Source of the DNA: Eledone cirrhosa
Lineage: Eukaryota
Assembly (NCBI GenBank): GCA_964016885.1
Contig: OZ024744.1
Coordinates: forward strand, 17,422,001 to 17,486,000
Direction of reading: 5' to 3'
Length of the DNA stretch: 64,000 nucleotides
Part shown: one piece after another, positions 31,970 to 46,000 of the stretch
Position numbering within the stretch: position 1 is the first letter of the stretch
Layout of the letters: each line of letters starts with the position of its first letter
Translations under genes and position numbers: made by a program
The notes under the pieces: generated by a model
What the model was told of the DNA's origin: nothing
Database searches by the model: none
Seen by the model: only the letters and a program-made list of their open reading frames with translations

Positions 31970-34129
31970 TATACTCATTGTTGACCTGTACACCATCAGA
32001 TACTGACGACAAGTTGATACTCATTGCGGACCTGTACACCATCAGATATTGACGAGAGATTGGTACTCATTGATGACCTGTACACCATCAGATATTGACG
32101 AAAGGTTGATACTCATTGCTGACCTGTACGCCATCAGGTATTGACGACAGGTTGATACACATTGCTGACCTGTACAGCATGAGACATTGACCACAGGTTG
32201 GTTTTCATTGCTAACCTGTACAGCATCAGATACTGAGGGCAGGTTGGTACTCATTGCTGACCTATACACCATCAGACACTGACGGCAGGTTGATACTCAT
32301 TGCTGACCTGTACACCATCAGATACTGACGACAGGTTGATACTCATTGCTGACCTGTACACCATCAGACATTGATGACAGTTTGATACTCATTGCTGACC
32401 TGTACACAATCAAGTATTGACGGCAGGTTGATGCTCATTGCTGACCTGTACACCATCAGACATTGATGACAGGTTGATACTCCTTGCTGACCTGTACACA
32501 ATCAAGTATTGACGGCAGGTTGATACTCATTGCTGACCTGTACACCATCAGACATTGACGGCAGGTTGATACTCATTGCTGACCTGTACACCATCAGACA
32601 TTGACGACAGGTTAATACTCATTGCTGACCTGTACACCATCAGACATTGACGACAGTTTGATACTCTTTGCTGACCTGTACACCACCAGACATTGACGGC
32701 AGGTTGATACTCTTTGCTGACCTGTACACCATCAGATACTGACGATCGTTTGATAATCATTGCTGGCCTGTACACCATCAGGTATTGACGACAGGTTGGT
32801 ACTCATTGCTGACTTGTACACCATCAGGTATTGACGGCAGGTTGATACACATTGTTGACCTGTACACAATCAGACATTGACGGCAGGCTGATACACATTG
32901 CTGACCTGTAGACCATCAGGAATTGACGACAGTTTGATATCATTGCTAACCTGTACACCATCAGACATTGACGACAGGTTGATACTCATTGCTGACCTGT
33001 ACACCATCAGACATTGACAGCAGGTTGATACACATTGCTGACCTGTACACCATCAGACATTGACGACAGGTTAATACTCATTGCTGACTTTTACACCATC
33101 AGGTATTGACGGCAGGTTGATACTCATTTCTCACCTGTACACCATCAGACATTGACGGCAGGTTGATACTCATTGCTGACCTGTACACCATCAGATATTG
33201 ACGACATGTTGATACTCATTGCTGACCTGTACACCATCAGACATTGACGGCAGGTTGATACTCATTGCTGACCTGTAAACCATCAGTTATTGACGACAAG
33301 TTGATACTCATTGCTGACCTGTACACCATCAGATATTGACAGCAGGTTGATACTCATTGCTGACTTGTACACCATCAGACATTGACGGCAGGTTGATACT
33401 CATTGCTGACCTGTACACCATCAGACATTGACGGCAGGTTGATACTCATTGCTGACCTGTACACCATCAGACATTGACGGTAGGTTGATACTCATTGCTG
33501 ACTTGTACACCATCAGATACTGACTACAGGTTGATACTCATTGCTGACCTGTACACCATCAGACACTGACGGCAGGTTGATACTCATTGCTGACCTGTAC
33601 ACCATCAGACATTGACGACAGATTGATACTCATTGCTGACCTGTACACCATCAGGTATTGACGACAGGTTGGTACACATTGTTGACCTGTACACCATCAG
33701 ATACTGACGACAAGTTGATACTCATTGCTGACCTGTACACCATCAGACATTGACCAGAGGTTGGTATTCATTGCTGACCTGTACAGCATCAGATACTGAC
33801 GACAGGTTGATACTCATTGCTGCCCTGTACACCATCAAGTATTTACGGCAGGTTGATAATCATTGCTGACCTGTACACCATCAGACATTGACAGCAGGTT
33901 GGTACTCATTGCTGACCTATACACCATCAGACACTGACGGCAGGTTGATACTCATTGCTGACCTGTACACCATCAGATACTGACGACAGGTTGATACTCA
34001 TTGCTGACCTGTACACAATCAGACATTGATGACAGGTTGATACTCATTGCTGACCTGTACACCATCAGACATTGACGACAGGTTGATACTCATTGCTGAC
34101 CTGTACACCATCAGACATTTACGACAGGT

Positions 34130-37100
34130 TGATACTCATTGCTGACCTGTACACCATCAGGTATCGACAGCAGGTTGATACTCATTGCTGACCTGTACAC
34201 CATCAGACATTGACGGCAGGTTGATACTCATTGCTGACCTGTACACCATCAGGTATTGACGACAGGTTGATACTCATTGCTGACCTGTACACTATCAGAC
34301 ATTGACGACAGGTTGGTACTCATTGCTGACCTGTACACCATCAGATACTGACGACAGGTTGATACTCATTGCTGACCTGTACACAATCAAGTATTGACGG
34401 CAGGTTGATACTCATTGCTGACCTGTACACCATCAGACATTAACGGCAGGTTGATACTCATTGCTGACCTGTACACCATCAGACATTGACGACAGGTTAA
34501 TACTCATTGCTGACCTGTACACCATCAGACATTGACGACAGTTTGATACTCATTGCTGACCTGTACACCATCAGACATTGACGGCAGGTTGATACTCTTT
34601 GCTGATCTGAACACCATCAGATACTGACGATCGTTTGATAATCATTGCTGACTTGTACACCATCAGGTATTGACGGCAGGTTGATACACATTGTTGACCT
34701 GTACACCATTAGGTATTGATGACAGGTTGATACTCATTGCTGACCTGTACACCATCAGACATTGACGGCAGGCTGATACTCATTGCTGACCTGTACACCA
34801 TCATATATTGAAGGCAGGTTGATATTCATTGCTGACTTGTACCCCATCAGACATTGACGACAGGTTGATACTCATTGCTAACCTGTACACCATCAGATAT
34901 TGACGACAGGTTGATACTCATTGCTGACCTGTACACCATCAGACATTGACGGCAGGTTGATACTCATTGCTGACCTGTACACCATCAAACTCTGACGGCA
35001 GGTTGATACTCATAGTTGACCTGTACACCATCAAGTATTGACGACAGGTTGATACTCATTAGTGACCTGTACACCATCAGGTATTGACGGCAGGTTGATA
35101 CACATTGCTGACCTGTACACCATCAGACATGGACGACAGGTTGATACTCATTGCTGACCTGTACACCATCAGATACTGACGACAGGTTGATACTCATTGC
35201 TGACCTGTACACAAGCAGACGTTGACGGCAGGTTGATACTCTTTGCTGACCTGTACACCATCAGATACTCACGATCGTTTGATAATCATTGCTGGCCTGT
35301 ACACCATCAGATACTGACTACAGGTTGATACTCATTGCTGACTTGTACACCATCAGGTATTGACGGCAGGTTGATACACAATGTTGACCTGTACACCATC
35401 AGACATTGACGGCAGGTTGATACACATTGCTGACCTGTACACCATCAGGTATTGACGACAGGTTGATATCATTGCTGACCTGTACACCATCAGACATTGA
35501 CGACAGGTTGATACTCATTGCTGACCTGTACACCATCAGATACTGACGACAGGTTGATACTCATTGCTGACCTGTACACCATCAGACATTGACGGCAGGT
35601 TGATACTCATTGCTTACCTGTACACCATCAGACATTGACAGCAGGTTGATACTCATTGTTGACCAGTACACCATCAGATATTGACGACAGATTGATACTC
35701 ATTAGTGACCTGTACACCATCAGGTATTGACGGCCGGTTGATACTCATTGCTGACCTGTACACCATCAGATACTGACGGCAGGTTGATACTCATTGCTGA
35801 CCTGTACACCATCAGACATTGACGGCAGGTTGATACTCATTGCTGACCTGTACACCATCAGACATTGACGACAGGTTGATACCTATTGCTGACTTGTACA
35901 CCATCAGATACTGACAACAGGTTGATACTCATTGCTGACCTGTACACCATCAGACATTGACGGCAGGTTGATACTCATTGCTGACCTGTACACCATCAGG
36001 TATTGACGACAGGTTGATATCATTGCTAACCTGTACACCATCAGACATTGACGACAGGTTGATACTCATTGCTGACCTGTAAACCATCAGACATTGACAG
36101 CAGGTTGATACACATTGCTGACATGTACACCATCATACATTGACGACGGGTTGATACTCATTGCTGACCTGTACACCATCAGACATTGACGACAGGTTAA
36201 TACTCATTGCTGACCTGTACACCATTAGACATTGACGGCTGGTTGATACTCATTGCTGACCTGTACACCATCAGACATTGACGACAGGTTGATACTCATT
36301 GCTGACCTGTACACCATCAGAAATTGACGGCAGGTTGATACTCATTGCTGACCTGTACACCATCAGACATTGACGGTAGGTTGATACTCATTGCTGACTT
36401 GTACACCATCAGATACTGACGACAGGTTGATACTCATTGCTGACCTGTACACCATCAGACACTGACGGCAGGTTGATACTCATTGCTGACCTGTACACAA
36501 TCAGACATTGACGGCAGGTTGATACTCATTGCTGACCTGTACACCATCAGTTATTGACGACAAGTTGATACTCATTGTTGACCTGTACACCATCAGACAT
36601 TGATGACAGGTTGATACACATTGCTGACCTGTACACCATCAGACATTGACGACAGGTTGATACTCATTGCTGACCTGTACACCATCAGACATTGACGGCA
36701 GGTTGATACTCATTGCTGACCTGTACACCATCAGGTATCGACAGCAGGTTGATACTCATTGCTGACCTGTACACCATCAGACATTGACGGCAGGTTGATA
36801 CTCATTGCTGACCTGTACACCATCAGGTATTGACGACAGGTTGATACTCATTGCTGACCTGTACACTATCAGACATTGACGACAGGTTGGTACTCATTGC
36901 TGACCTGTACACCATCAGATACTGACGACAGGTTGATACTCATTGCTGACCTGTACACAATCAAGTATTGACGGCAGGTTGATACTCATTGCTGACCTGT
37001 ACACCATCAGACATTAACGGCAGGTTGATACTCATTGCTGACCTGTACACCATCAGACATTGACGACAGGTTAATACTCATTGCTGACCTGTACACCATC

Positions 37101-39310
37101 AGACATTGACGACAGTTTGATACTCATTGCTGACCTGTACACCATCAGACATTGACGGCAGGTTGATACTCTTTGCTGATCTGAACACCATCAGATACTG
37201 ACGATCGTTTGATAATCATTGCTGACTTGTACACCATCAGGTATTGACGGCAGGTTGATACACATTGTTGACCTGTACACCATTAGGTATTGATGACAGG
37301 TTGATACTCATTGCTGACCTGTACACCATCAGACATTGACGGCAGGCTGATACTCATTGCTGACCTGTACACCATCATATATTGAAGGCAGGTTGATATT
37401 CATTGCTGACTTGTACCCCATCAGACATTGACGACAGGTTGATACTCATTGCTAACCTGTACACCATCAGATATTGACGACAGGTTGATACTCATTGCTG
37501 ACCTGTACACCATCAGACATTGACGGCAGGTTGATACTCATTGCTGACCTGTACACCATCAAACTCTGACGGCAGGTTGATACTCATAGTTGACCTGTAC
37601 ACCATCAAGTATTGACGACAGGTTGATACTCATTAGTGACCTGTACACCATCAGGTATTGACGGCAGGTTGATACACATTGCTGACCTGTACACCATCAG
37701 ACATGGACGACAGGTTGATACTCATTGCTGACCTGTACACCATCAGATACTGACGACAGGTTGATACTCATTGCTGACCTGTACACAAGCAGACGTTGAC
37801 GGCAGGTTGATACTCTTTGCTGACCTGTACACCATCAGATACTCACGATCGTTTGATAATCATTGCTGGCCTGTACACCATCAGATACTGACTACAGGTT
37901 GATACTCATTGCTGACTTGTACACCATCAGGTATTGACGGCAGGTTGATACACAATGTTGACCTGTACACCATCAGACATTGACGGCAGGTTGATACACA
38001 TTGCTGACCTGTACACCATCAGGTATTGACGACAGGTTGATATAATTGCTGACCTGTACACCATCAGACATTGACGACAGGTTGATACTCATTGCTGACC
38101 TGTACACCATCAGATACTGACGACAGGTTGATACTCATTGCTGACCTGTACACCATCAGACATTGACGGCAGGTTGATACTCATTGCTTACCTGTACACC
38201 ATCAGACATTGACAGCAGGTTGATACTCATTGTTGACCAGTACACCATCAGATATTGACGACAGATTGATACTCATTAGTGACCTGTACACCATCAGGTA
38301 TTGACGGCCGGTTGATACTCATTGCTGACCTGTACACCATCAGATACTGACGGCAGGTTGATACTCATTGCTGACCTGTACACCATCAGACATTGACGGC
38401 AGGTTGATACTCATTGCTGACCTGTACACCATCAGACATTGACGACAGGTTGATACCTATTGCTGACTTGTACACCATCAGATACTGACAACAGGTTGAT
38501 ACTCATTGCTGACCTGTACACCATCAGACATTGACGGCAGGTTGATACTCATTGCTGACCTGTACACCATCAGGTATTGACGACAGGTTGATATCATTGC
38601 TAACCTGTACACCATCAGACATTGACGACAGGTTGATACTCATTGCTGACCTGTAAACCATCAGACATTGACAGCAGGTTGATACACATTGCTGACATGT
38701 ACACCATCATACATTGACGACGGGTTGATACTCATTGCTGACCTGTACACCATCAGACATTGACGACAGGTTAATACTCATTGCTGACCTGTACACCATT
38801 AGACATTGACGGCTGGTTGATACTCATTGCTGACCTGTACACCATCAGACATTGACGACAGGTTGATACTCATTGCTGACCTGTACACCATCAGAAATTG
38901 ACGGCAGGTTGATACTCATTGCTGACCTGTACACCATCAGACATTGACGGTAGGTTGATACTCATTGCTGACTTGTACACCATCAGATACTGACGACAGG
39001 TTGATACTCATTGCTGACCTGTACACCATCAGACACTGACGGCAGGTTGATACTCATTGCTGACCTGTACACAATCAGACATTGACGGCAGGTTGATACT
39101 CATTGCTGACCTGTACACCATCAGTTATTGACGACAAGTTGATACTCATTGTTGACCTGTACACCATCAGACATTGATGACAGGTTGATACACATTGCTG
39201 ACCTGTACACCATCAGACATTGACGACAGGTTGATACTCATTGCTGACCTGTACACCATCAGACATTGACGGCAGGTTGATACTCATTGCTGACCTGTAC
39301 ACCATCAGGT
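34130..39310. repeat. Tandem duplication of 2574 bp (56 monomers -2)
   Basis: GTATCGAC at 34161/36735, AAACTCTG at 34987/37561, GGCCGG at 35732/38306, ACCTATTG at 35881/38455. Confidence 0.93.
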
Positions 39311-39419
39311 ATTGACGGCAGGTTGATACTCATTGCTGACTTGTACTCCATCAGACATTGACGACATGTTGATACTCATTGCTAACCTGTACACCATCAG
39401 ACATTGACGACAGGTTGAT

Positions 39420-42400
39420 ACTCATTGCTGACCTGCACACCATCAGACATTGACGGCAGGTTGATACTCATTGCTGACCTGTACACCATCAGGTATTGAC
39501 GGCAGGTTGATACTCATTGCTGACTTGTACACCATCAGATACTGACGACAGGTTGATACTCATTGCTGACTTGTACCGCATCAGACATTGATGACAGGTT
39601 GATACTCATTGCTGACATGTACACAATCAAGTATTGACGGCAGTTTGATACTCATTGCTGACCTGTACACCATCAGACATTGATGACAGGTTGATACTCA
39701 TTGCTGACCGGTACACAATCAAGTATTGACGGCAGGTTGATACTCATTGCTGACGTGTACACCATCAGACATTGACGGCAGGTTGATACTCATTGCTGAC
39801 CTGTACACCATCAGACATTGACGACAGGTTAGTACTCATTGCTGACCTGTACACCATCAGACATTGACGACAGTTTGATACTCATTGCTGACCTGTACAC
39901 CACCAGACATTGACGGCAGGTTGATACTCTTTGCTGACCTGTACACCATCAGATACTGACGATCGTTTGATAATCATTGCTGGCCTGTACACCATCAGGT
40001 ATTGACGACAGGTTGGTACTCATTGCTGACTTGTACACCATCAGGTATTGACGGCAGGTTGATACACATTGTTGACCTGTACACCATTAGGTATTGACGA
40101 CAGGTTGATACTCATTGCTGACCTGTACACCATCAGACATTGACGGCAGGTTGATACTCATTGCTGACCTGTAAACCATCAGTTATTGACGACAAGTTGA
40201 TACTCATTGCTGACCTGTACACCATCAGATATTGACAGCAGGTTGATACTCATTGCTGACTTGTACACCATCAGACATTGACGGCAGGTTGATACTCATT
40301 GCTGACCTGTACACCATCAGACATTGACGGCAGGTTGATACTCATTGCTGACCTGTACACCATCAGACATTGACGGTAGGTTGATACTCATTGCTGACTT
40401 GTACACCATCAGATACTGACTACAGGTTGATACTCATTGCTGACCTGTACACCATCAGACACTGACGGCAGGTTGATACTCATTGCTGACCTGTACACCA
40501 TCAGACATTGACGACAGATTGATACTCATTGCTGACCTGTACACCATCAGGTATTGACGACAGGTTGGTACACATTGTTGACCTGTACACCATCAGATAC
40601 TGACGACAAGTTGATACTCATTGCTGACCTGTACACCATCAGACATTGACCAGAGGTTGGTATTCATTGCTGACCTGTACAGCATCAGATACTGACGACA
40701 GGTTGATACTCATTGCTGCCCTGTACACCATCAAGTATTTACGGCAGGTTGATAATCATTGCTGACCTGTACACCATCAGACATTGACAGCAGGTTGGTA
40801 CACATTGCTGACCTATACACCATCAGACACTGACGGCAGGTTGATACTCATTGCTGACCTGTACACCATCAGATACTGACGACAGGTTGATACTCATTGC
40901 TGACCTGTACACAATCAGACATTGATGACAGGTTGATACTCATTGCTGACCTGTACACCATCAGACATTGACGACAGGTTGATACTCATTGCTGACCTGT
41001 ACACCATCAGACATTTACGACAGGTTGATACTCATTGCTGACCTGTACACCATCAGGTATCGACAGCAGGTTGATACTCATTGCTGACCTGTACACCATC
41101 AGACATTGACGGCAGGTTGATACTCATTGCTGACCTGTACACCATCAGGTATTGACGACAGGTTGATACTCATTGCTGACCTGTACACTATCAGACATTG
41201 ACGACAGGTTGGTACTCATTGCTGACCTGCACACCATCAGACATTGACGGCAGGTTGATACTCATTGCTGACCTGTACACCATCAGGTATTGACGGCAGG
41301 TTGATACTCATTGCTGACTTGTACACCATCAGATACTGACGACAGGTTGATACTCATTGCTGACTTGTACCGCATCAGACATTGATGACAGGTTGATACT
41401 CATTGCTGACATGTACACAATCAAGTATTGACGGCAGTTTGATACTCATTGCTGACCTGTACACCATCAGACATTGATGACAGGTTGATACTCATTGCTG
41501 ACCGGTACACAATCAAGTATTGACGGCAGGTTGATACTCATTGCTGACGTGTACACCATCAGACATTGACGGCAGGTTGATACTCATTGCTGACCTGTAC
41601 ACCATCAGACATTGACGACAGGTTAGTACTCATTGCTGACCTGTACACCATCAGACATTGACGACAGTTTGATACTCATTGCTGACCTGTACACCACCAG
41701 ACATTGACGGCAGGTTGATACTCTTTGCTGACCTGTACACCATCAGATACTGACGATCGTTTGATAATCATTGCTGGCCTGTACACCATCAGGTATTGAC
41801 GACAGGTTGGTACTCATTGCTGACTTGTACACCATCAGGTATTGACGGCAGGTTGATACACATTGTTGACCTGTACACCATTAGGTATTGACGACAGGTT
41901 GATACTCATTGCTGACCTGTACACCATCAGACATTGACGGCAGGTTGATACTCATTGCTGACCTGTAAACCATCAGTTATTGACGACAAGTTGATACTCA
42001 TTGCTGACCTGTACACCATCAGATATTGACAGCAGGTTGATACTCATTGCTGACTTGTACACCATCAGACATTGACGGCAGGTTGATACTCATTGCTGAC
42101 CTGTACACCATCAGACATTGACGGCAGGTTGATACTCATTGCTGACCTGTACACCATCAGACATTGACGGTAGGTTGATACTCATTGCTGACTTGTACAC
42201 CATCAGATACTGACTACAGGTTGATACTCATTGCTGACCTGTACACCATCAGACACTGACGGCAGGTTGATACTCATTGCTGACCTGTACACCATCAGAC
42301 ATTGACGACAGATTGATACTCATTGCTGACCTGTACACCATCAGGTATTGACGACAGGTTGGTACACATTGTTGACCTGTACACCATCAGATACTGACGA

Positions 42401-43020
42401 CAAGTTGATACTCATTGCTGACCTGTACACCATCAGACATTGACCAGAGGTTGGTATTCATTGCTGACCTGTACAGCATCAGATACTGACGACAGGTTGA
42501 TACTCATTGCTGCCCTGTACACCATCAAGTATTTACGGCAGGTTGATAATCATTGCTGACCTGTACACCATCAGACATTGACAGCAGGTTGGTACTCATT
42601 GCTGACCTATACACCATCAGACACTGACGGCAGGTTGATACTCATTGCTGACCTGTACACCATCAGATACTGACGACAGGTTGATACTCATTGCTGACCT
42701 GTACACAATCAGACATTGATGACAGGTTGATACTCATTGCTGACCTGTACACCATCAGACATTGACGACAGGTTGATACTCATTGCTGACCTGTACACCA
42801 TCAGACATTTACGACAGGTTGATACTCATTGCTGACCTGTACACCATCAGGTATCGACAGCAGGTTGATACTCATTGCTGACCTGTACACCATCAGACAT
42901 TGACGGCAGGTTGATACTCATTGCTGACCTGTACACCATCAGGTATTGACGACAGGTTGATACTCATTGCTGACCTGTACACTATCAGACATTGACGACA
43001 GGTTGGTACTCATTGCTGAC
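39420..43020. repeat. Tandem duplication of 1794 bp (39 monomers)
   Basis: TGCACACC at 39434/41228, ACCGGTAC at 39707/41501, GACCAGAGG at 40648/42442, GTATCGAC at 41057/42851. Confidence 0.93.
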
Positions 43021-46000
43021 CTGTACACCATCAGATACTGACGACAGGTTGATACTCATTGCTGACCTGTACACAATCAAGTATTGACGGCAGGTTGATA
43101 CTCATTGCTGACCTGTACACCATCAGACATTAACGGCAGGTTGATACTCATTGCTGACCTGTACACCATCAGACATTGACGACAGGTTAATACTCATTGC
43201 TGACCTGTACACCATCAGACATTGACGACAGTTTGATACTCATTGCTGACCTGTACACCATCATACATTGACGGCAGGTTGATACTCTTTGCTGATCTGA
43301 ACACCATCAGATACTGACGATCGTTTGATAATCATTGCTGACTTGTACACCATCAGGTATTGACGGCAGGTTGATACACATTGTTGACCTGTACACCATT
43401 AGGTATTGACGACAGGTTGATACTCATTGCTGACCTGTACACCATCAGACATTGACGGCAGGCTGATACTCATTGCTGACCTGTACACCATCATATATTG
43501 AAGGCAGGTTGATATTCATTGCTGACTTGTACCCCATCAGACATTGACGACAGGTTGATACTCATTGCTAACCTGTACACCATCAGATATTGACGACAGG
43601 TTGATACTCATTGCTGACCTGTACACCATCAGACATTGACGGCAGGTTGATACTCATTGCTGACCTGTACACCATCAGGTATTGACGGCAGGTTGATACT
43701 CATTGCTGACTTGTACACCATCAGATACTGACAACAGGTTGATACTCATTGCTGACCTGTACACCATCAAACTCTGACGGCAGGTTGATACTCATAGTTG
43801 ACCTGTACACCATCAAGTATTGACGACAGGTTGATACTCATTAGTGACCTGTACACCATCAGGTATTGACGGCAGGTTGATACACATTGCTGACCTGTAC
43901 ACCATCAGACATGGACGACAGGTTGATACTCATTGCTGACCTGTACACCATCAGATACTGACGACAGGTTGATACTCATTGCTGACCTGTACACAAGCAG
44001 ACGTTGACGGCAGGTTGATACTCTTTGCTGACCTGTACACCATCAGATACTCACGATCGTTTGATAATCATTGCTGGCCTGTACACCATCAGATACTGAC
44101 GACAGGTTGATACTCATTGCTGACTTGTACACCATCAGGTATTGACGGCAGGTTGATACACAATGTTGACCTGTACACCATCAGACATTGACGGCAGGTT
44201 GATACACATTGCTGACCTGTACACCATCAGGTATTGACGACAGGTTGATATCATTGCTGACCTGTACACCATCAGACATTGACGACAGGTTGATACTCAT
44301 TGCTGACCTGTACACCATCAGATACTGACGACAGGTTGATACTCATTGCTGACCTGTACACCATCAGACATTGACGGCAGGTTGATACTCATTGCTTACC
44401 TGTACACCATCAGACATTGACAGCAGGTTGATACTCATTGTTGACCAGTACACCATCAGATATTGACGACAGATTGATACTCATTAGTGACCTGTACACC
44501 ATCAGGTATTGACGGCAGGTTGATACTCATTGCTGACCTGTACACCATCAGATACTGACGGCAGGTTGATACTCATTGCTGACCTGTACACCATCAGACA
44601 TTGACGGCAGGTTGATACTCATTGCTGACCTGTACACCATCAGACATTGACGACAGGTTGATACCTATTGCTGACTTGTACACCATCAGATACTGACAAC
44701 AGGTTGATACTCATTGCTGACCTGTACACCATCAGACATTGACGGCAGGTTGATACTCATTGCTGACCTGTACACCATCAGGTATTGACGACAGGTTGAT
44801 ATCATTGCTAACCTGTACACCATCAGACATTGACGACAGGTTGATACTCATTGCTGACCTGTAAACCATCAGACATTGACAGCAGGTTGATACACATTGC
44901 TGACATGTACACCATCATACATTGACGACGGGTTGATACTCATTGCTGACCTGTACACCATCAGACATTGACGACAGGTTAATACTCATTGCTGACCTGT
45001 ACACCATTAGACATTGACGGCTGGTTGATACTCATTGCTGACCTGTACACCATCATACATTGACGACAGGTTGATACTCATTGCTGACCTGTACACCATC
45101 AGAAATTGACGGCAGGTTGATACTCATTGCTGACCTGTACACCATCAGACATTGACGGTAGGTTGATACTCATTGCTGACTTGTACACCATCAGATACTG
45201 ACGACAGGTTGATACTCATTGCTGACCTGTACACCATCAGACACTGACGGCAGGTTGATACTCATTGCTGACCTGTACACAATCAGACATTGACGGCAGG
45301 TTGATACTCATTGCTGACCTGTACACCATCAGTTATTGACGACAAGTTGATACTCATTGTTGACCTGTACACCATCAGACATTGATGACAGGTTGATACA
45401 CATTGCTGACCTGTACACCATCAGACATTGACGACAGGTTGATACTCATTGCTGACCTGTACACCATCAGACATTGACGGCAGGTTGATACTCATTGCTG
45501 ACCTGTACACCATCAGGTATTGACGGCAGGTTGATACTCATTGCTGACTTGTACTCCATCAGACATTGACGACATGTTGATACTCATTGCTAACCTGTAC
45601 ACCATCAGACATTGACGACAGGTTGATACTCATTGCTGACCTGCACACCATCAGACATTGACGGCAGGTTGATACTCATTGCTGACCTGTACACCATCAG
45701 GTATTGACGGCAGGTTGATACTCATTGCTGACTTGTACACCATCAGATACTGACGACAGGTTGATACTCATTGCTGACTTGTACCGCATCAGACATTGAT
45801 GACAGGTTGATACTCATTGCTGACATGTACACAATCAAGTATTGACGGCAGGTTGATACTCATTGCTGACCTGTACACCATCAGACATTGATGACAGGTT
45901 GATACTCATTGCTGACCTGTACACAATCAAGTATTGACGCCAGGTTGATACTCATTGCTGACGTGTACACCATCAGACATTGACGGCAGGTTGATACTCA

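Noticed and set aside
11120-32778. Four minus-strand ORFs of 62-76 aa (11120, 19538, 32042, 32548)
   Set aside because: They are translations of the repeat itself. The minus-strand consensus is already open for about 38 codons per three monomers, and one or two variants or an indel extend it. There are no recognisable domains.
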